Shown here: positions 57,026-64,000 of the stretch, piece after piece
Numbering within the stretch: the first letter of the stretch is position 1
Layout of the letters: every line of letters starts with the position of its first letter
Assembly (NCBI GenBank): GCA_963844975.1
Contig: CAWJQO010000025.1
Location: 253 to 64,252 of the forward strand
DNA: 64,000 nucleotides
Direction: 5' to 3'
Source: an uncultured Gammaproteobacteria bacterium
GTDB lineage: Bacteria > Pseudomonadota > Gammaproteobacteria > Pseudomonadales > Halieaceae
Program-made: the position numbers and the translations under genes
Notes under the pieces: generated by a model
The model's input: only the letters and a program-made list of their open reading frames with translations
Databases searched by the model: none
What the model was told of the DNA's origin: nothing

Positions 57026-57990
57026 ATGCAGACGGTCGTCGTTGCAGCGCTGTACAAGTTTGTCACCCTGGACGATTACCACGCCCTGCGTGAACCCCTG
57101 CTTGATGCTTGTGTCACAGCCGGTGTGCGCGGCACCCTCCTGCTCGCCAGCGAGGGCATCAATGGCACCATCGCCGGCAGCAGGGAGGGCATCGATCAGG
57201 TATTGACCTACCTGCGCAGTGATCCGCGCCTGGCCGACCTGGAGCACAAGGAATCGCGGGACGTCCAGATGCCTTTCTATCGCATGAAGGTCAAGCTGAA
57301 GAAAGAGATAGTCACGATGGGTATAGCGGGGGTTGATCCCAACCTGCGCGTGGGCACTTATGTCAGACCTTGTGACTGGAACGATCTTGTTAACGATCCC
57401 GAGGTATTACTCATCGATACCCGCAATGACTATGAGTGCGATATTGGTAGCTTCAGGGGTGCGGTTGATCCACGCACCAGGAGCTTCCGGGACTTCCCGG
57501 CGTTTGTGCGCGCCAATCTCGATCCGGGCGTGCATAAGAAAGTCGCGATGTTCTGTACAGGCGGGATTCGCTGTGAAAAAGCATCGGCGTTTATGCTCAA
57601 TGAGGGGTTTGCGGAGGTTTATCACCTGCAGGGTGGGATTCTGAAATACCTCGAAGAGGTGCCGGCCAAGGAAAGTATCTGGGACGGCGAATGTTTCGTG
57701 TTCGATAACCGGGTAGCGGTGGACCACCAGTTGCAGAAGGGGCGCTACGACCAGTGTTATGGATGTCGCCATCCCATAACCGAGGAGGACAAACACTCCG
57801 GCAGGTATGAGGTGGGGGTGTGCTGTCCCCACTGCTACGATCACCTGACGCCTGACCAGAAGTTGCGCTTCAGGGAGCGCCAGAAGCAGGTTGAATTGGC
57901 AGCACTGCGCGGCGCACCACACGTCGGTGCGCCGCCGCCCGCGCGCCAGCAATCCGCGGCAACAGTACAACACTCAGGTAAAGGAATAGC
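57026..57990 (+). CDS. trhO: Rhodanese-domain tRNA uridine(34) hydroxylase; true stop uncertain
   Basis: [44 protein letters not shown]. Confidence 0.9.
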
Positions 57991-57992
57991 CT

Positions 57993-58856
57993 ATGGCACT
58001 GCTGCGGGATCGGGTCGTGGTGGTTACCGGGGCCAGTCGTGGAGCGGGCAAAGGGATTGCGCTGGCACTGGGCGCCACCGGTGCCACCGTCTATGTGACC
58101 GGGCGCACGCGCAATGAGGGTGATGCCCCGCTGCCCGGTACCGTACAGGCGACTGCGGCGGCGGTGACCGCTGCCGGGGGCAAGGGCATTCCCGTCTACT
58201 GTGATCACGCTGATGATGCCAGGGTGCGGCAGCTGTTTGAGCAGGTAGCCGATGAGCAGGGCCGCCTCGATATCCTGGTGAACAATGCCACCAGTTTGCA
58301 TGATGCCCTGACCCGGAGCGGGCCTTTTTGGGAAAAGCCCCTGGCGCTCACCGAGCTGTGGGAGGTGGGTATGCGTTCCCATTACACGGCAGCCTGGCAT
58401 GCGGCACCGCTGTTGCTGGCCAACGGCGAGGGTCTTATCGTCAATACCTCTTCCTTTGGCGGTCGTATCTACATGCATGGCCCCGCCTACGGTGCCGGAA
58501 AAGCGGCGGTGGACAAGATGTCGCACGATATGGCGATCGATTTTCGCCCGCACAATGTCGCAGTGGTCTCAATCTGGATGGGCCTGCTCCTGACGGAGCG
58601 CACCCTGCGGGTATTTGCTGCGGAACCCGATAAATACGCGGCTTTGGCCGCTACCGCCGAGACGCCGGAGTTTACCGGCCGCGTGATCGACGCGCTGGCC
58701 AGCGATCCGCGCTTGATGGATAAAAGCGGCAGGGTACTGATTGGCGCTGAGCTGGGACAGGAGTACGGTCTTACCGATACCAATGGCCGCATTCCCCCGT
58801 CTCATCGGGCCTTTTTTGGCGACACCACCACCTTCGGTGACGCGGTCGTGGAGTAG
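57993..58856 (+). CDS. SDR oxidoreductase (DHRS1-like)
   Basis: [27 protein letters not shown]. Confidence 0.9.
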   Translation: MALLRDRVVVVTGASRGAGKGIALALGATGATVYVTGRTRNEGDAPLPGTVQATAAAVTAAGGKGIPVYCDHADDARVRQLFEQVADEQGRLDILVNNATSLHDALTRSGPFWEKPLALTELWEVGMRSHYTAAWHAAPLLLANGEGLIVNTSSFGGRIYMHGPAYGAGKAAVDKMSHDMAIDFRPHNVAVVSIWMGLLLTERTLRVFAAEPDKYAALAATAETPEFTGRVIDALASDPRLMDKSGRVLIGAELGQEYGLTDTNGRIPPSHRAFFGDTTTFGDAVVE

Positions 58857-58981
58857 TATTGGTACCCCAAATGGAGGATGCGAACCTGGTCAGCGGTCGC
58901 CTACAGTTATACGGTGCCAGCGACGGCCACACCGCATGGCGCCCGTCATGATCGAACCACAATAATGAGACAGGTAATATT

Positions 58982-60173
58982 ATGAGCGAATACGGATTAG
59001 ACAGCCCACGCGCGCAGGAACTGATCAGCGCGGCAAGGGCCATGGGCCCTGCTCTGCAGGAGCGCCGGGCGCGCGCCAAGGCAGACGTCCGCGTGCCCGA
59101 CGAAACCGTGGCAGAGTTTGCACAGGCCGGTTTCTTCAAGATTCTGCAGCCCGAACAGTGGGGTGGCTACGCCATGGATCCCCAGGTGTTTTATGCGGTT
59201 GGCCTGGAGATTGCCCGTTTCTGTCCTTCCAGTGCCTGGATTCTCGGGGTCATTGCCGTGCACAACTGGCAGCTGGCGGTGTTCGATGATCGGGCGGCGC
59301 AGGACGTGTGGGCGGATGACCCCTCCGTACTGATCTCGTCGTCTTACGCGCCCGTAGGCAAGGTAAAAGTCGTCGACGGCGGGTTCCGTCTCAGCGGACG
59401 CTGGAGTTTCTCCAGTGGTTCGGAGCACTGCAAATGGGTGTTTCTGGGCGCGGTAGTGCCGACGCCTGAAGCACCTTTCGATATGGCCAATTACCGTACC
59501 TTCCTGTTGCCGATCAGTGATTACGAGATCGTACACAACTGGGATGTGGTGGGTCTGCAGGGTACCGGCAGCCACGACATCGTGGTGGATAATGCGTTTG
59601 TACCGGAGCACCGTACCCATAAGGCCATGGACGGGTTTCTCTGTGACAATCCCGGGTAATGTGGTGAACAAGGCGCCGCTGTACCGCATGCCGTTTATGC
59701 AGGTATTTGTCCGTGCCGTGTGTACTGCCACGCTGGGTGCCTGTGAAGGCGCCCTGGATGCGTATATCGAAGTCGCCAGAACGCGCCAGGTGGGTCCGAA
59801 CAAAATGAAGAATGATCCCTTCGCCCGCGTTATCGCCGCAGAGGTTAAGGCGTCGATCGAAGAAATGAAGCTGACCCTGATCCGCAATTTCGAAGCCATG
59901 ATGGCCTGCTGTCGGGCCGGTGTGCCCATCCCTATCGAGGATAGGGTGCGCTATCGCTATGATTCAGCAGTGGTGGCTGATCGCTGTCTCGCGCTGTCCA
60001 GCAAAATGCTCAAGGCAGCGGGCAGTGGCGGGATACGTCTGGACAGTGAGTTGCTGGCCTTTCATCTGGATATTCTCGCCAGCCAGGCGCATGTGGCTAA
60101 CCACTCCACGCCATTTGCCAGCAATCTGGGTGGCGTTGTCTTTGGTGAAGAGAATGCGGATTTTGCCCTCTGA
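58982..60173 (+). CDS. hsaA: Flavin-dependent monooxygenase oxygenase subunit, HsaA/TesA-like (frameshift near 59655)
   Basis: GFFKILQPEQWGG, VHNWQLA, SSSYAP, WSFSSGSEH, WDVVGLQGTGS, PLYRMP. Confidence 0.75.
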
Positions 60174-60198
60174 GGTCTGACCCCGAGCAGGAGACAGT

Positions 60199-61032
60199 AT
60201 GAAAATGAACGGACGTTTACCGGAGGCCAATTACGCGCAGTGCGCCAACGGCTATCGCATCCATTACCTGGACGAAGGGCAGGGCGAGGCTGTTGTGTTC
60301 CTGCACGGTTCGGGACCTGGCGCCAGTGGCTACAGCAATTTCAAGCGCAATTACCCGCATCTGGTCGAAGCGGGTTACCGCTGTATTATTCCGGACCATA
60401 TTGGCTATGGTTTTTCGGACAAGCCCAATGATGTTGATCATCCGCTGTCCTTTTTTGTCGAGTGCATCAAGCAGACCCTGGATGTTGCCGGCGTACAGAA
60501 ATGTACCCTGATCGGCAATTCGCTGGGCGGCGCCATCGCCCTGGGACTGGCACTGGAATATCCGCAACTGGTGGAAAAACTCATTCTTATGGCCCCGGGG
60601 GGTCTCAGTGAGCTTGCCGATTACCAGCAGATGCCAGGTATGCAGAAGGTATTCAAGGTATTCGGCTCAGGCGAGCCGGTTACCCCGGCGGTGATGAAGG
60701 ATCTGTTTGCCACCGGTTTGATGCACGATCCGAAGTACGCCACCGATGAATTGGTGGAGGAGCGGATGCAGATCATGCAGATCATGAACGGACACGTCAT
60801 GGCGACCATGCGGGTGCCGGTGCTGGTAGATCGACTGCACGAGTTGCAGTGTCCAGTGCTGGGCTTCTGGGGCATGGACGAGAAGATGATGCCGGAGAAT
60901 GGCATTATGGCCATGGCTAAAAATATCAGGCACCTGCGGCTTATCCTTGTTACCGAGTGCGGGCACTGGGTAATGGTGGAGCACGAGGGGATGTTCAATC
61001 GTGCTTGCCTGGATTTTTTGCAGTACGGCTAA
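60199..61032 (+). CDS. Meta-cleavage product hydrolase (BphD/HsaD family alpha/beta hydrolase)
   Basis: HGSGPGASG, GNSLGG nucleophile, CGHW. Confidence 0.85.
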   Translation: MKMNGRLPEANYAQCANGYRIHYLDEGQGEAVVFLHGSGPGASGYSNFKRNYPHLVEAGYRCIIPDHIGYGFSDKPNDVDHPLSFFVECIKQTLDVAGVQKCTLIGNSLGGAIALGLALEYPQLVEKLILMAPGGLSELADYQQMPGMQKVFKVFGSGEPVTPAVMKDLFATGLMHDPKYATDELVEERMQIMQIMNGHVMATMRVPVLVDRLHELQCPVLGFWGMDEKMMPENGIMAMAKNIRHLRLILVTECGHWVMVEHEGMFNRACLDFLQYG

Positions 61033-62713
61033 ACCTGCTTCCCGGTCCTGGCGGCGTGGCCGCCCGCTCTTCGGCCTGAGAAAATACAATCGGCGATTGA
61101 CAGCCCACTCACATAAGAGTGGGAGGCGACCCCCACTGCGGCGCGGCCAGCCGCGTACAGACCGGTTACTTTTCCCCCGTTGGTTGCCAGCACTTCGCCA
61201 CTGGTTTCATCGACGCATAGTCCGCCCAGTGTGATGGACGGGTTTCTGACCATTCCATCAACCCGGCAGTCGAGCGCATACCAGGGACCCTGTTTCAATG
61301 CGGCCAGATACTGGGCGGGTTTGCCCATGGGGTCCGCCACGCCCCCTTCATGCAGCCCGTTGTACAGCGCGACAGTGTCGCGTAGAGCCGCCTCAGGTAT
61401 GCCAGTTTGCGGGCCAATAGCGTTAATGTCGGCGCCTTTTTACGTGCAAGAAACAGGAATAGAAGCGCAGCGGCGGATTGGAACCACATGGCGCGGCGGG
61501 GTCCAATTTCGCGCAGGGCCTGTCGTGCAAGTGATGAATCGAGCAGCAGCCACGCCTTGCCATGAGCCTTATCCATGATTTTCTGCGCGAGTTGGGCGCC
61601 GTACAGCATCTCGTTGCAGATACGCTGTCCGTTGGCATCGACCAGTATGCCCCGAATGAATGACTGGGGCGGATTTACGAAGCGCCAGGCGCTCACGTTT
61701 TCCATTAATGCTGTTTTGGCGCCGACGCTTTGTCCCATCAGGATGCCGCTGCCATCATCTCCTATGGTGCCCAGAGGCATGCCCGGCAAACTCTCCGGCG
61801 CGTACTGCTGGACCATGGCGCGGTTATAAAAAAAGCCACCGGTGCTGATTATGACTGCGTTTCTGGCACGCAGGCGTAACACCTGCCCAAAGCTCTTTTC
61901 CAGTTTTTCCAGTAGCGCGCGCAGGCACCAGGTGATGACAGGGGCGTACATGGCGGCGTAACGGGAGTAAATAAGCAGCGCATACAACTGGCGATGCAGC
62001 CAGGTCGTCACCGAGCCGGCTGGCATTTTTGACAGTTGCAATCCAACAACATCGCCCTGTTCGTTACAAATCAGGCCCAGCGCACGGTGCTGGGTAAATA
62101 TTTGGATGCCTTTACGTCGCGCCGCGTCTTGCAATGGCTGGAACAGTGCTGCGCCGGATACTCCCTTGCCATGCGCTCGATGACCACGAGGGGCTGGCTC
62201 GGCAGTATTGCTGTACGGCGGGAATGATTCGTTGCCCGAGTAGTAGAGATAGTAGTCGTTGGACGGATAAGAGGTTTTAAAAGGGCAAAGGCTAGGTTCA
62301 AAAGGTACGCCAAGCTGCATCAACCAATCGATGTTTGCCGCACTTTCGTCACAAAACATGCGCAGGGTTGCTGCGCTTACCACGTCGCCGGTCTCCTGCA
62401 CCAGATAGTTGTACATATTGTCGGGCTTATCGATGACAGCAGCCCCGGCCTGTATGGCGGTGCCTCCACCTGCGTAGATTATGCCACCGCTGATCTTGGT
62501 AGAGCCGCCCCCATTGAAGCGCTCGATCACGGCTACGCTGGCACCATTGTCTTTTGCTTCTATGGCTGCACTGGCTCCGGCGCCACCGAATCCCACGACG
62601 GCTACATCCACAGTGATATCCCAGTGCTGACTTTGACTATGCTGCAGCGGCGCTTCGACGGTGGCCTGTCCCCCAGCCAACTCGCGGTACCATTTTTTAA
62701 TGCGCTTGAACAT
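61029..62713 (-). CDS. FAD-binding protein, 3-ketosteroid Delta4-dehydrogenase (TesI)-like (frameshift near 61400)
   Basis: VGFGGAG, GGSTKISGGIIYAGGGT, YLYYSGNE, TLGGL, GLYAAGR, YVSGLSIADC. Confidence 0.75.
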
Positions 62714-62910
62714 AGTTTCGGCCTTTATGCAACTTCATGGTATCAAGTAATAAGCATAGGTCGTCATTGCCCTCGACGTTATGTTCCAGATCAAAAGATC
62801 TTGCGCTTGATCGGGCTGGGAAGTTAGTAGTGATCGGACAAATTATTGTACTGTATGCTATCCAAAAGGCGTGTAAAATTGCCGCCTTAATCATTGAGAC
62901 ATGCAGCCTG

Positions 62911-63702
62911 ATGATGCAGCAAGACCGGATCAATACACTGGGGGATGAGTTGTATGAAGCCCTGCGCACCCAGTCAACGCTGGCTCCTCTGACAGAGCGA
63001 GAAACTGCTATCACCATCGAGGATGCCTACCACATCTCCCTGCGCATGCTGCACCGGCGCATGGAGCTGGACGGCGAGCGCATCGTGGGCAAGAAGATCG
63101 GCGTTACCAGTAAGCCCGTGCAGGAGATGCTGGGTGTATTCCAGCCGGATTTTGGCTTTTTGACGGATCGGATGGAATACCCGGACGGCGCCGCTATTAC
63201 GATAGCTGGCAATATGATTCAGCCACGGGCCGAGGGCGAAATTGCCTTTCGACTAAAAAGTGATCTGGTCGGTCCGGGGATCACCGAGCAGGACGTACTC
63301 GATGCCACAGCCACTATCATGCCCTGTTTTGAAATCGTGGATTCGAGGATCGACAACTGGCGGATTAAAATCCAGGATACAGTTGCGGACAACGCATCCT
63401 GTGGCGTTTATGTACTGGGTAAAAACGAAGTAGATCCGCGGGATTTCGACCTGCCCAATTTGAAGATGACCATCTACAAGAATGGCGTGTTCAATGCAGA
63501 AGGATTGGGCAGTGCCGTGCAGGGCAATCCCCTGACCGCAGTGGCGTGGTTGGCCAATACACTCGGTGAATTTGGTATACCCTTCAAGGCAGGCGAGATC
63601 ATTTTGTCGGGCTCGCTGGCGCCCTTGATTCCGGTGGTGGCGGGGGATGAGATGTCGTTGGTGATTGACGGGATTGGTGGTTGTAGTTGTCGGTTTGTTT
63701 AG
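62911..63702 (+). CDS. 2-keto-4-pentenoate/2-hydroxyhexadienoate hydratase (TesE/HsaE/MhpD family)
   Basis: GKKIGVTS, QPDFG, QPRAEGE, EIVDSRI, DTVADNAS, ILSGS. Confidence 0.92.
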   Translation: MMQQDRINTLGDELYEALRTQSTLAPLTERETAITIEDAYHISLRMLHRRMELDGERIVGKKIGVTSKPVQEMLGVFQPDFGFLTDRMEYPDGAAITIAGNMIQPRAEGEIAFRLKSDLVGPGITEQDVLDATATIMPCFEIVDSRIDNWRIKIQDTVADNASCGVYVLGKNEVDPRDFDLPNLKMTIYKNGVFNAEGLGSAVQGNPLTAVAWLANTLGEFGIPFKAGEIILSGSLAPLIPVVAGDEMSLVIDGIGGCSCRFV

Positions 63703-63861
63703 CCTTGTGCCTTCGAGTCGGACTGCGAGATAAAGCTGTTCCCCTCAGGACACGCAGCAAACCCGTTCATAGGGGCTTGAGCTCGGCGTCCTGTCCCGGC
63801 TACCAGCGCGGCATTGAAGCGCATATATGAATACTTGGCAGCATCGTAGAAGAGAACCGAT

Positions 63862-64000
63862 ATGGGCAAAAAAGTAAAAGCAGCAATCATCGGCCCCGGC
63901 AATATCGGGACAGACCTGTTGATGAAGGCCATGCGCAGCGAGCTGATCGAGCCCGTGTGGATGGTCGGCGTGGTAGCCGATTCGCCGGGTCTGGCCAGGG
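63862..64000 (+). CDS. Acylating aldehyde dehydrogenase (TesF/HsaG/MhpF family), runs off the window
   Basis: [22 protein letters not shown]...WMVGV..DSPGLAR. Confidence 0.9.
   Translation, partial: MGKKVKAAIIGPGNIGTDLLMKAMRSELIEPVWMVGVVADSPGLAR

Noticed and set aside
57990-58117. trhO C-terminal extension overlapping the SDR
   Set aside because: Most likely read-through caused by an indel near the true stop
1-64000. Mass pseudogenisation or programmed frameshifting
   Set aside because: Single-base shifts also hit essential genes such as valS while motifs remain intact; this is typical of long-read indel errors

Overview
The window joins two very different genomes. Bases 1 to about 7504 are very GC-rich (roughly 70-75% by eye) and densely frameshifted. 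They carry ampG, an amino-acid permease, a DUF1028-type protein, an ACE-like M2 peptidase, a GDPD/FGGY-kinase fusion and two GTAG-type REP doublets. At about 7505 two unrelated genes are cut mid-sequence, and the rest (roughly 55-60% GC) looks like a Halieaceae/OM60-type gammaproteobacterial chromosome; this taxonomy is an inference. That part holds a ~19 kb acyl-CoA catabolic cluster, malonyl-CoA decarboxylase, a Wolinella-type frdCAB, lipA, araC-alkB-rubredoxin, rapA, a wax ester synthase, valS-holC-pepA, a two-component system, bolA-trhO and the start of a steroid A/B-ring degradation cluster. Single-base frameshifts occur even in essential genes such as valS, so I treat them as long-read errors. 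I saw no CRISPR array, prophage, transposase, tRNA/rRNA or defence system, and cannot claim a wholly new system. The best leads are: (1) a 20-bp palindromic operator (CAAGRC-N4-GYCTTG) in all three divergent promoters of the catabolic cluster; (2) a diheme FrdC whose E-pathway glutamate is replaced by His; (3) absence of lptFG from its usual pepA-RDD slot; (4) a histone-like basic tail on the wax ester synthase; (5) an alkB locus with only an AlkG1-type rubredoxin.
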